A stretch of DNA of 64,000 bases from NCBI GenBank assembly GCA_017577365.2, contig PKRJ02000004.1, forward strand, positions 9,959-73,958, written 5' to 3'. Numbering within the stretch: the stretch's first letter is position 1; each line of letters opens with the position of its first letter. The notes under the pieces were generated by a model. The model was not told the origin of the DNA, made no database searches, and saw only the letters and a list, made by a program, of their open reading frames with translations. Made by a program: the position numbers and the translations under genes. Positions 1 to 8,634 of this stretch are shown here, piece by piece. Source of the stretch: Gammaproteobacteria bacterium (GTDB lineage: Bacteria; Pseudomonadota; Gammaproteobacteria; Steroidobacterales; Rariloculaceae).

Positions 1-1
1 C

Positions 2-97
2 TACAACGAGCAGGTCGCCGAGTGGATTGCGGGACCGCAGAATCCCGTCGTGCAGCCCGGGCCAGGCCCGAGATTGCGTCGGCCGTCCGGCAACTGA
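2..97 (+). CDS. 3' end of an unidentified CDS entering from upstream of the window (partial)
   Basis: Frame 2 is open from the window edge to TGA at 95-97, with G/C at most third positions (about 26 of 31 codons by my count). Followed by the hairpin at 113-141. Too short to name. Confidence 0.35.
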   Translation, partial: YNEQVAEWIAGPQNPVVQPGPGPRLRRPSGN

Positions 98-112
98 CCG
101 ATGCGAACGCTA

Positions 113-141
113 TGAGGAGCCGGCTCGAGACCGGCTCCTCA
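113..141. terminator. GC-rich hairpin between convergent genes (possible bidirectional terminator)
   Basis: TGAGGAGCCGG (113-123) and CCGGCTCCTCA (131-141) are exact reverse complements around a 7-nt loop. Lies between the + strand stop at 95-97 and the minus-strand stop at 171. No clear U-tract. Confidence 0.4.
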
Positions 142-170
142 TGGTCCAGAGCAAAGCCGCCGTAAGCCGA

Positions 171-935
171 TCAGTTGCCGACGCCTTCGATCAGATCGTA
201 CGTCTCGAGGCCGGCGCAATTGAGCGGCATGATCTGATCGAACGGTGCGAGCTTCAGCGTCTGCGTCGGGACGACCCAAGGCTCTTTCAGCACCTTCTCG
301 TCGTAGACCGTTGCGTCGACCAGGAGCGTCTCCTCGTCGACGCGGCGATAGCGCTCGACGATTCGCAGCGCATCGGAATGGAACGAGACGCGGCCCTCGG
401 CCCAGATCCATGTGTCGTCCGTGAAGTTCTTGACCTCGACGACGAACGTATCGCCTTCCCAATGTCCGACCGCGTCGCCGCGATACGACGGCGGCACGTT
501 GTCCCGGTGCGGCCGACCATCCGTGGGAATGAGCTGATAGCCGTGATAAGTTTCCTGGAGCAGCACGACGAATTTCGGCGTCGAGATGATCTGGCCGACG
601 GCGCCGACGTCCCACAGCCTGACGTTCAGCGTGCCGAATGCCGTCGGAATGCAGCGTAGCGTCGGATCGTCGGCATCGGTCAACGTCGCCGCGTGCTCCT
701 TCGCCCAGTCCTGATAGAGATCGGTGAACGTCGGCCCCTCGCGCGGTCCCAGACGCAAATTCGGGCCGACGTCCGCGCCGCCCCACCACACGCCGGAGAG
801 ATCCGGCTTGCCGTCGGCCATGCGGGGGATGCGGTCTTCGGCGTCGGCTTGCTGGAATCCGGCTACGAGCACGAACAACGCAGGGACGATCACCGCCGCG
901 ACGCTGCGGCCACTCCTATCGTTCGTCCGATTCAT
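171..935 (-). CDS. exported hypothetical protein (signal peptide)
   Basis: ORF 171..983. Start moved to ATG at 935 (MNRTNDRSGRS...) with GGAG 8 nt upstream. Hydrophobic segment VAAVIVPALFVLVAGF precedes the mature part. I cannot name a family. Confidence 0.7.
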   Translation of the reverse strand: MNRTNDRSGRSVAAVIVPALFVLVAGFQQADAEDRIPRMADGKPDLSGVWWGGADVGPNLRLGPREGPTFTDLYQDWAKEHAATLTDADDPTLRCIPTAFGTLNVRLWDVGAVGQIISTPKFVVLLQETYHGYQLIPTDGRPHRDNVPPSYRGDAVGHWEGDTFVVEVKNFTDDTWIWAEGRVSFHSDALRIVERYRRVDEETLLVDATVYDEKVLKEPWVVPTQTLKLAPFDQIMPLNCAGLETYDLIEGVGN

Positions 936-972
936 GCGCGAAGCTCCAACGATCGACGGTCGAACGCCACGC

Positions 973-1383
973 TCAGCGGCCACGGGAGCTTTCCTGCGGC
1001 CCGAACATGCCGTACTTCGTTCCGTCGGCCGTGATCAGCTCGCGCAGCATGCCGGCGTTCTTCGACTCGTCCCGGGCGCGGAATCCGTTGATCGTGACGA
1101 CGTCGCCTTCACGGATGACGTTCGGCGAGTAGCCGTTGCGGATCATGCCGCTCGGCGTGCCGGCCTCGAACGCCCAGCGAACGACCTCGCCGTTCTCGTT
1201 CTCGACGTCGAGAAAGAACCACGAATGCGGGTTCGCGAGCCGAACCTGCACGATCTTGCCGGTGATCGAGATCGGCTCGTTCATGTCGTAGAACGCCGCG
1301 AACGAGTGATGCGCCCATGCCGCGGCACCCGACAGCAGCGACGTCGCGACGGCTGCGACCGCGGTGAGAGTCCTTCGCCTCAT
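973..1383 (-). CDS. small exported protein, DUF6152-like (family assignment from memory)
   Basis: ORF 973..1488. Start at ATG 1383 (MRRRTLTAVAAVATSLLSGAAAWA-HHSFAAFYD...). A signal peptide followed by HHSF and a beta-rich ~110-aa domain, as I recall for DUF6152 proteins. Confidence 0.65.
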   Translation of the reverse strand: MRRRTLTAVAAVATSLLSGAAAWAHHSFAAFYDMNEPISITGKIVQVRLANPHSWFFLDVENENGEVVRWAFEAGTPSGMIRNGYSPNVIREGDVVTINGFRARDESKNAGMLRELITADGTKYGMFGPQESSRGR

Positions 1384-1497
1384 AGCCTCCCCCTGCCACC
1401 GATGCTCCGGAGCCTCGATTCTCTCCGACGCAACAGGGCATTTCAATCGGACCGCGCCGGCGCGTCGCGCCGATTCGGTCCTAGGCATACTCTCGGG

Positions 1498-2013
1498 TCA
1501 CCCCTCGTCGGACGAGTCGCGATCCGCTGCTTCCTCGGTCTCCTCGTCGTCGGGGATCTCGACCTGTTCGACCTCGAAGCTGCCTTGCTGGGGCTCACGC
1601 CCGGTTTCGAATTGGGCAATGAGCGCGTCGTGTGCCGCGGCGTCGAGTCGGCGAACCGACAGCACCGAGCAGCGCTCCGGAAATCCGCTGTCGACGACGA
1701 TCGCGTCGCCCGCGAAGCCGCATAGCCGATCCGTTCGCGAGCGAAGCGCAAGCCGAAACTGACCGCGCAGACCGAGGCACGTTTGTGCAAGCTCGACGTG
1801 ATAGCCAGGTCGACTCGGCGCATAGACGATCAGGTTGTAGTCGTCGAGATAACGGAAATCCCGGGCGAGGGAGATATCGATACAGTCGGTGCCGATCGAC
1901 GTCGTGCGCATCGGTCGCGGCTCGCGCTCGGAAGTCCCGCCGCAGCCGACGAGCACCGCCAGCGGCAGCGCCGCCGCGAACCACGATGCTGTAGCAAGCG
2001 ATGACTTACGCAT
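1498..2013 (-). CDS. hypothetical lipoprotein with acidic C-terminal tail
   Basis: MRKSSLATASWFAAALPLAVLVGC: a lipobox (LVGC) follows the signal peptide. AGGAGG lies 4 nt upstream of the ATG at 2013. C-terminus is EIPDDEETEEAADRDSSDEG. Confidence 0.7.
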   Translation of the reverse strand: MRKSSLATASWFAAALPLAVLVGCGGTSEREPRPMRTTSIGTDCIDISLARDFRYLDDYNLIVYAPSRPGYHVELAQTCLGLRGQFRLALRSRTDRLCGFAGDAIVVDSGFPERCSVLSVRRLDAAAHDALIAQFETGREPQQGSFEVEQVEIPDDEETEEAADRDSSDEG

Positions 2014-2188
2014 AAGGCCTCCTCGGCATCGGCGGCAACCGCGCCCTCGGGGTCAGCATACCGAACGCCTGCCCGCGCTCGCACGTCCGCCGGGGCCTGC
2101 TACCGCCTTTCGCCCGCAGTCATGATTTTTCTTAGGCGACGGGAGTAATCCGCAATGTCTGAAGGCTAGCTGAACGATGTGTAAGTTA

Positions 2189-2208
2189 TTGAATAGAATA
2201 TCATTCAA
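2189..2208. promoter_or_regulatory. palindrome TTGAAT-N8-ATTCAA in an AT-rich divergent promoter region
   Basis: TTGAATAGAATATCATTCAA sits in the only AT-rich patch (about 2120-2210) of the 375-bp spacer between the divergent genes starting at 2013 (-) and 2389 (+). Confidence 0.3.
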
Positions 2209-2388
2209 CCATGCCCGGCACGCTGCGACGCGCGCTCTCGCGGCCAGGGCCCTCATTCGGCCACAAGAAACGGGGCCTGGTTGCGGCTACACTCTGGACC
2301 CGGTTCGCGGCCGGTGGGACGGCCAGCGTTTCGAGGCACCGACGTCCGTTCGACGACACGAAGAATGAGATCGAATAGCGGAGACTTC

Positions 2389-4350
2389 ATGCCCAAGCGA
2401 AACTCCTCCATCTCGTTACGCATGCTCATCGCGGCATCGCTGGGCCCCGCGGCGCTCCCCGCCATCGATGCCGTTGCGCAGGATTACACGACGTGGCGCT
2501 CGTACGCCGGGGGCGCGCACTCGTCGCAGTACTCGGCGCTCGACCAGATCAACAAGTCGAACGTGCACCGACTCGAGGTCGCGTGGAAATTCCCCGTCGG
2601 CGAGCGCAGCGTGCTGTTCAACCCGATCGTCGTCGACGGCGTGATGTACGTGCTCGCCCGCGACAACGAGATCGTCGCGCTCGACGCCGCGACCGGCCGC
2701 GAGCTCTGGGCGCACCCGCACGACGGTCCGGTCACGGCGCGCGGCATCAACTACTGGGAAAGCGAGGACGGCAAAGACAAGCGCCTCATCTATCTCAACG
2801 CCGGCTTCGTCACCGCGCTCGACGCGACGACCGGGAAGACGATCGAGAGCTTCGGCAACGGCGGTCGTGTCGATCTGCGCGATGCGCTCGCGGCCGACGG
2901 GCGCGACATCAGCAACGTCCGTCCGCTGATGACGAACAATCCCGGCCGAATTTTCGAGAATCTCTACATCATCTCGCTGCCCGCGCAGGGAGCCGGCTAT
3001 CAATCGACGCCGGGCGACGTGCACGCGTACGACGTCGTGACCGGCAAGCTCGTGTGGGTCTTCCACAGCATCCCGCACCCCGGCGAGTTCGGCTACGACA
3101 CCTGGCCGGAAGACGCATGGCGCACTGCCGGCGGCGTGCACAACTGGAGCGAGATGACCGTCGACGAGAAGAACGGCATCGTGTTCGTCCCGTTCGGCAG
3201 CGCTCGCTACGATTTCTTCGGCGGCGATCGCGCCGGCGACAACCTTTTCGCCAACTCGCTCGTCGCGCTCGACGCGCGCACCGGCAAGCGCATCTGGCAC
3301 CAGCAGCTCGTGCATCACGATTTGTGGGACTACGACCTGCCGCAAGCGCCGAAGCTCCTGACGATCCGCCGCGACGGCAAAGAGATCGACGTCGTCGCGC
3401 AAGCGTCGAAGCAAGGCTACCTGTTCGTCTTCGAGCGGCTGACCGGCGAGCCGATCTGGCCGATCGAGGAGCGGCCGGTTCCTAAGTCGGACATCCCGGG
3501 CGAGCACGCGTCGCCGACCCAGCCGTTCCCGGTCAAACCGCCGCCGTTCGCCGTGATGTCGTTCACCGAGGACGATATCAATCCGTTCCTGCCCGAGAAC
3601 GAGCAGCAGGTGCTGCGCGAGCGGCTGCGCCACTCGCGCAACGAGGGCGTATTCACGCCGCCGAGCTTCGAAGGCTCGATCGGCATGCCCGGCCACAACG
3701 GCGGCGCGAACTGGGGCGGCTCGGCCGTCGATCCGATCAACGGCGAGCTCTACATCGTCTCGAAGAACCTGCCGGTGATGCTGCGCGCCGAGCTGACCAC
3801 GGACGAGCCGAGCGCGCGCGTCATCGTCGGCGGCGTCGTGACGCCCGAGCAAGCCGAGGCCGCGCGCAAGGCCGCCGAGGCGGCCGCGGCCGAAGGTGCA
3901 GTCCGCTACGCGGTGCCTTACGACTTCATGCTGAGCCCGTCGACCGGCCTCACGGCGATCGCGCCGCCGTGGGCGCACCTCACCGCGTACGACCTCAACA
4001 CAGGCGAGATCAAGTGGCGCGTCGTGCACGGCACGGTGCCCGAGCTCGGCGAGAACACGGGCGCGCACTTTCCGCGGGGCGGCCCGCTCGTGACGGCGGG
4101 CGGGCTCGTGTTCGTCGCGACGGCGTCGGACCGGATGTTCCGTGCCTACGATCGGGATACCGGCGAGGTCGTGTGGTCGTACGAGCTGCCGAGCGGCTCC
4201 GAGGGCATTCCCGCGACATACGAGATCGACGGCAAGCAGTACATCGCTCTCCCCGTCGCGGCGTCGGGCCTGTTCCCGCCACGGTTGCCCCAGGCGTCGC
4301 AGCGTCCCGAGGAGCGCGCGTATCTCGTGTTCACGCTCGCGGAAGAGTGA
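2389..4350 (+). CDS. soluble PQQ-dependent dehydrogenase (glucose/quinate/shikimate dehydrogenase-like beta-propeller) with signal peptide
   Basis: ORF 2281..4350. Start chosen at ATG 2389 (GGAGA 5 nt upstream; MPKRNSSISLRMLIAASLGPAALPAIDAVAQ). Propeller motifs include VHHDLWDYDLPQAP and GGANWGG. No N-terminal multi-TM anchor. Confidence 0.85.
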   Translation: MPKRNSSISLRMLIAASLGPAALPAIDAVAQDYTTWRSYAGGAHSSQYSALDQINKSNVHRLEVAWKFPVGERSVLFNPIVVDGVMYVLARDNEIVALDAATGRELWAHPHDGPVTARGINYWESEDGKDKRLIYLNAGFVTALDATTGKTIESFGNGGRVDLRDALAADGRDISNVRPLMTNNPGRIFENLYIISLPAQGAGYQSTPGDVHAYDVVTGKLVWVFHSIPHPGEFGYDTWPEDAWRTAGGVHNWSEMTVDEKNGIVFVPFGSARYDFFGGDRAGDNLFANSLVALDARTGKRIWHQQLVHHDLWDYDLPQAPKLLTIRRDGKEIDVVAQASKQGYLFVFERLTGEPIWPIEERPVPKSDIPGEHASPTQPFPVKPPPFAVMSFTEDDINPFLPENEQQVLRERLRHSRNEGVFTPPSFEGSIGMPGHNGGANWGGSAVDPINGELYIVSKNLPVMLRAELTTDEPSARVIVGGVVTPEQAEAARKAAEAAAAEGAVRYAVPYDFMLSPSTGLTAIAPPWAHLTAYDLNTGEIKWRVVHGTVPELGENTGAHFPRGGPLVTAGGLVFVATASDRMFRAYDRDTGEVVWSYELPSGSEGIPATYEIDGKQYIALPVAASGLFPPRLPQASQRPEERAYLVFTLAEE

Positions 4351-4389
4351 GCGTAGCGGCGACGCGCCTCGCCGTCATGTGACCTGAAC

Positions 4390-4425
4390 GAAGGGGCCGT
4401 GCGGTGATCACCGCACGGCCCCTTC
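4390..4425. terminator. perfect 36-nt palindrome between convergent genes (bidirectional terminator)
   Basis: GAAGGGGCCGTGCGGTGA/TCACCGCACGGCCCCTTC, followed by TCGTTT on the + strand. Lies between the stops at 4350 (+) and 4467 (-). Confidence 0.6.
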
Positions 4426-4466
4426 TCGTTTGGCCCGCGGCCGTCGCCGGCCGCGGTACTCGGGAC

Positions 4467-5057
4467 TCAGTGTCCTTGATGTCCTTGCTGCTGCAAGCGC
4501 CGCACGGCCTCGAGCGACTTCTGCACGTTCTCGATCGGCGAGACGCCGCCGACCGTCTCGGCGATCTTGCCGTCGGACGTGATGATGAAGGTCGTCCGCT
4601 CCGCGAAGCCGTGATTGATTTCCTGGCCGCGCGTGTCCTTGATGCCCGGACGCGCGTCCATGACGTTCAGCTGATACGAACGAGCGATCTCGCCCGTCTC
4701 GTCCGACGCGACGGGCAGCTTCCCGGCGCAGTATTCCGGATCCGCGGAGAACTCGTTGAGCCGCTCGATGCTGTCGAGCGACACGCCGATCACGGTCGCG
4801 CCCGCGGCGTTGAACGCTTCCATGTTCTCGGCGAACTCGTGCGCCTGAATGTTGCAGCCCTGGGTGTACGCGGACGGATAGAAGTACACGACGACGTTGC
4901 CCTGCTTCAGGGCCTCGGCGAGCGAGTATTGAAACTCCTTGCCGGCCAGCGAGGCCCTCGCCTCGAACAGTGGAGCCTGGTCACCCGGACCGAGCGCCGC
5001 GAACGCCGGCAGCGCGATGGCCGCGGAGAGCAGGAAACCGAATGCACGCTTCTTCAT
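4467..5057 (-). CDS. periplasmic peroxiredoxin (AhpC/TSA-redoxin family) with signal peptide
   Basis: ORF 4467..5285. Start at ATG 5057 (MKKRAFGFLLSAAIALPAFAA). PxxxTxxC active-site motif present (YPSAYTQGC). GGGAAGG upstream. C-terminal QQQGHQGH. Confidence 0.85.
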   Translation of the reverse strand: MKKRAFGFLLSAAIALPAFAALGPGDQAPLFEARASLAGKEFQYSLAEALKQGNVVVYFYPSAYTQGCNIQAHEFAENMEAFNAAGATVIGVSLDSIERLNEFSADPEYCAGKLPVASDETGEIARSYQLNVMDARPGIKDTRGQEINHGFAERTTFIITSDGKIAETVGGVSPIENVQKSLEAVRRLQQQGHQGH

Positions 5058-5424
5058 GGGCTTGCCTTCCCTTGTTGTTGGAAACGCTGCTACCCCCGGG
5101 ACGGTCATCGTGACGCCATGCGGGCCGGAGCGCAAGTGCGGGCGGGCAATGAGGCACATTCCGGGCCCCTCCGAGGTGCGCGCCTCCGCGGGGCAGCCGC
5201 CGCAGCGGTCTCGAGGCGCAACTCGCTGCACCGGAGGCCGACTTGCTCCAAAGCTCCCCGGAGGGCGTAGGGAGCGACAAGCCACTCGGTGCTACCTTGC
5301 AATCATCTCGAATCGAGTAGCCAACTGTCGCCTTCGATTCGAGCTTTCCGGGGCAGCGACGTCTCGCATCGTTCCACCTCGGGCGCCGATGCGGCGGCGG
5401 CCATGTTGACGGCAAGGTGAACTG

Positions 5425-5457
5425 CAAATAGAAACGGCGCCGCTGGTGGGCGCCGTT
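5425..5457 (-). terminator. intrinsic terminator downstream of tRNA-Met
   Basis: AACGGCGCC (5433-5441) and GGCGCCGTT (5449-5457) form a 9-bp stem. On the minus strand it is followed by TCTATTT. Confidence 0.5.
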
Positions 5458-5470
5458 CGGGATATCGGGT

Positions 5471-5547
5471 TGGTAGCGGGGGCAGGATTCGAACCTGCGA
5501 CCTTCGGGTTATGAGCCCGACGAGCTGCCTGACTGCTCCACCCCGCA
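5471..5547 (-). tRNA. tRNA-Met (CAT), initiator type
   Basis: The 77-nt reverse complement closely resembles E. coli tRNA-fMet as I recall it (GCGGGGTGGAGCAG...CTCGTCGGGCTCATAACCCGAAGGTCGCAGGTTCGAATCCTGCCCCCGCTACCA). Three G-C pairs close the anticodon stem. Position 1:72 appears unpaired. CCA is encoded. Confidence 0.92.
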
Positions 5548-5564
5548 GTCGTTTGGAGCCGCAC

Positions 5565-5593
5565 ATAATACGGAGACTGGGCGCCGACTTCAA
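5565..5593 (-). promoter_or_regulatory. sigma70-type promoter for tRNA-Met
   Basis: On the minus strand: TTGAAG (5593-5588), 17 nt, TATTAT (5570-5565), then 17 nt to the mature tRNA 5' end. Confidence 0.5.
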
Positions 5594-5652
5594 GACCGCC
5601 ACGAGCGCGGCGCCCCTCCTCAGGGCTCCGGGGCGCCAATCGAAAGGCAGCC

Positions 5653-7077
5653 TCAGCCGAGCACCGACGCGCAGAGGTTCAGCAGATACCCGGGGAACAG
5701 CCCGAGCGCGAGCAGGCTCAGCCCGTTCACGCTGATCGCGGTACGGAGATCGGTCGCCGCGACGAGCGGGGACGAGTCCTTGGCCTCGGCGAAGTACATG
5801 TACCAGACGATACGCAGGTAGTAGAACGCGCCGACCACGGCCGCGACCACGCCGAGCGCGGCGAGCCACACGAGCCCTGCCTCGATGACACTCTGCAGCA
5901 CGACGAGCTTCGCATAGAAGCCGACGAGCGGCGGCACGCCGGTCATGCTGAACATGATCAGGAGCATCACGAACGCGAACCAGGGGCTGCGCTGATTCAG
6001 GCCCTTGAAGTCGTCGAGGCTCTCGGCCTCGAAGCCGCGGCGGCTCAGCAGAATGATCATGCCGAAAGCCGCGGTCGCCATCAGCACGTAGACGATCGTG
6101 TAGAACATCGCGTCGCGCACGCCGTTCTCCGTGCCCGCGATGAACCCCATGAGAATGAACCCGACGTGGGAGATCGTCGAGTAGCCGAGCATGCGCTTGA
6201 AGTTGGTCTGAACGATCGCGAGGAAATTGCCGAGCACGAGCGACAGCACGCACAGGATCACGAGCATGCCTTGCCAATCCACGTGCAGCGGCCCGAGGCC
6301 CTCGACGAGCACCCGCCACGCGAGCGCGAACGCCGCGATCTTCGGCGCCGATCCGACGTAGAGCGCGATCGGCGTCGGCGCGCCCTGGTAGACGTCCGGG
6401 ATCCACATGTGGAACGGCACCGCGCCGAACTTGAACGCGACGCCGACGATGACGAACGCGAGCCCGACGATCGCCGGCACCGTCAGCCCGCCGGGCTCGG
6501 TCAACGCGGCCGCGAGCGGGGCGAGCTCGATCGTGCCGGCGATGCCGTAGAGGATCGAGATGCCGTAGAGCAGCATGCCCGATGCGATCGAGCCGAGCAC
6601 GAAGTACTTCATCGCGGACTCGGCCGCCGCGGCCGAATCGCGGTTGAACGCGACGAGCGCGTAGAGCGACAGCGCCTGGAGCTCGAGCCCCAGGTAGAGC
6701 ACGAGCAGATTGTTGCCGGAGACGAGGATCATCAGCCCGAGCAGGCCGAAGAGCCCGAGCACGAAGAATTCTCCCTTGTAGAGCCCGTTCCGCTCGAGAT
6801 AGTCGCGCGAGTACAGGAACACGAGCGCCACGATGACGTACGCGAAGAGCTTCAGCGCGTTGCCGGCCGGATCCGCCACGTAGCTTCCGGAGAAGGTCGT
6901 CGCAACGCTATCCGTGCCGAACAGCAACGACACGACCGCCGCGCCGACCAAAGCGAACATCGACAGCGTATACGTGATCCAGCGCTTCTCCTGGCGCAGG
7001 AAGACATCCACGATCAGCACGACGCAGATCGCGGCGGTCATGAAGATCTCCGGGGCGGCAAGCGCGTAGTCGATCAT
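5653..7077 (-). CDS. nuoN: NADH-quinone oxidoreductase subunit N
   Basis: 474-aa polytopic antiporter-like protein. Last gene of the colinear nuoA-N cluster. Confidence 0.95.
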   Translation of the reverse strand: MIDYALAAPEIFMTAAICVVLIVDVFLRQEKRWITYTLSMFALVGAAVVSLLFGTDSVATTFSGSYVADPAGNALKLFAYVIVALVFLYSRDYLERNGLYKGEFFVLGLFGLLGLMILVSGNNLLVLYLGLELQALSLYALVAFNRDSAAAAESAMKYFVLGSIASGMLLYGISILYGIAGTIELAPLAAALTEPGGLTVPAIVGLAFVIVGVAFKFGAVPFHMWIPDVYQGAPTPIALYVGSAPKIAAFALAWRVLVEGLGPLHVDWQGMLVILCVLSLVLGNFLAIVQTNFKRMLGYSTISHVGFILMGFIAGTENGVRDAMFYTIVYVLMATAAFGMIILLSRRGFEAESLDDFKGLNQRSPWFAFVMLLIMFSMTGVPPLVGFYAKLVVLQSVIEAGLVWLAALGVVAAVVGAFYYLRIVWYMYFAEAKDSSPLVAATDLRTAISVNGLSLLALGLFPGYLLNLCASVLG

Positions 7078-7130
7078 TGCGTCTCAGTCCAGAAAACCGG
7101 CTCCAGAAGCAGGGCGATCCCCTCTTCCAC

Positions 7131-8630
7131 TTACAACTTCGAACGCGTGACCTGCTCGAGCAGGTTCGTGAGCGTCGCATCCATCACGTCGACGAGCGGC
7201 GCCGGCCACACGCCGAGCAACAGCACCGAAACGGCCAGCACGCCGAGGATGAAAAACTCGCGACGGTCGACGTCCGGCATTGCGGCCACGTGCTCGTTGC
7301 CGACCTCGCCGTAGACGACGCGGCGCACCATCCAGAGCGTGTACGCGGCGCCGAGAACGAGGATCGTCGCCGCGCAGAACGCGAGCCAGAAGTTCGCCTG
7401 ATAGCTGCCGAGGATCACGAAGAACTCGCCGACAAATCCCGACGTGCCGGGCAGCCCGACGTTCGCCATCGCGAAGAGCACCATGAACGCGGCGAACTTC
7501 GGCATCGAGTTCGCGACGCCGCCGTAGGCGCTGATCTCGCGGGTGTGCATCCGGTCATAGAGCACGCCGACGCAAAGGAACAGCGCCCCCGAGACCAGCC
7601 CGTGAGAGATCATCTGCACCATGCCCCCCTGGAGCGCGAACAGCGCACCGTCGCCGCTCGTCGCCATCTCGTAGATCACGAAGAAGCCGAGCGTCACGAA
7701 GCCCATGTGTGCAATCGACGAGTACGCGATGAGCTTCTTCATGTCCTGCTGCACGAGGGCCACGACGGCAATGTAGACGATCGCGATCAGCGAGAGCGCG
7801 ATCATCAGCCACGAGAGCGCATCGCTCGCATCGGGCGCGATCGGCATGCTGAAGCGGACGAAGCCGTAGCCGCCCATCTTCAGCAGGATCGCGGCGAGGA
7901 TCACCGAGCCTCCGGTCGGCGCCTCGACGTGCGCGTCCGGCAGCCACGTGTGCACCGGCCACATCGGCACCTTCACCGCGAACGCGATCAGGAACGCGAG
8001 GAAGATCAGCGTCTGCTCCTGCATCGAGAGCGGCAGCGCGTGCAGGTCCGGGATCGAGTAGCTGCCGCCCTTCAGGTACATGTAGATCAACGCGACGAGC
8101 ATGAACACCGATCCGAAGAAGGTGTACAGGAAGAACTTCATCGTCGCGTAGATGCGCCGCTCGCCGCCCCAGATGCCGATGATGATGAACATCGGCACGA
8201 GCATCGCCTCCCAGAAGATGTAGAAGAGCAGCCCGTCGACCGCGGCGAACACGCCGATCATCATGCCTTCGAGCAGCAGGAACGACGCGAAGTACTGCGC
8301 CGGGCGCAGCTTGATGACCTCCCAGCCCGCGATCACGACGAGCGGCGTAAGGAACGTCGTCAGCAGGATCAACGGCATCGAGATGCCGTCGACGCCCAAG
8401 TGGTAGAACACGTTGAACCGCTCGATCCACGGCACCTGCTCGACGAACTGCAAGGCGGCGGTCGAGGTGTCGAAATCCGTGTAAAGCGGAACGCTCAAGA
8501 CGAACGTCAGCACCGAGGCGCCGAGCGCGACTTGCTTGCCGAGCACCGCGCGCTCGGAGCCGATCGCGAGCACGACGATGCCCGCCGCGATCGGCAGCCA
8601 GATCAGAATGCTCAGGATAGGCCAATCCAT
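7131..8630 (-). CDS. nuoM: NADH-quinone oxidoreductase subunit M
   Basis: 499-aa antiporter-like membrane subunit in the expected position between nuoL and nuoN. Confidence 0.95.
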   Translation of the reverse strand: MDWPILSILIWLPIAAGIVVLAIGSERAVLGKQVALGASVLTFVLSVPLYTDFDTSTAALQFVEQVPWIERFNVFYHLGVDGISMPLILLTTFLTPLVVIAGWEVIKLRPAQYFASFLLLEGMMIGVFAAVDGLLFYIFWEAMLVPMFIIIGIWGGERRIYATMKFFLYTFFGSVFMLVALIYMYLKGGSYSIPDLHALPLSMQEQTLIFLAFLIAFAVKVPMWPVHTWLPDAHVEAPTGGSVILAAILLKMGGYGFVRFSMPIAPDASDALSWLMIALSLIAIVYIAVVALVQQDMKKLIAYSSIAHMGFVTLGFFVIYEMATSGDGALFALQGGMVQMISHGLVSGALFLCVGVLYDRMHTREISAYGGVANSMPKFAAFMVLFAMANVGLPGTSGFVGEFFVILGSYQANFWLAFCAATILVLGAAYTLWMVRRVVYGEVGNEHVAAMPDVDRREFFILGVLAVSVLLLGVWPAPLVDVMDATLTNLLEQVTRSKL

Positions 8631-8634
8631 CGCC

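Noticed and set aside
27-789. ORFs 27..659 (+) and 139..789 (-) overlapping the first minus-strand gene
   Set aside because: The frame at 171..935 encodes a protein with a signal peptide, an SD and normal composition. The alternatives are Arg-rich with no features.
2189-2208. The TTGAAT-N8-ATTCAA palindrome as a Fur box
   Set aside because: My best alignment to GATAATGATAATCATTATC gives only about 9 of 19 matches.
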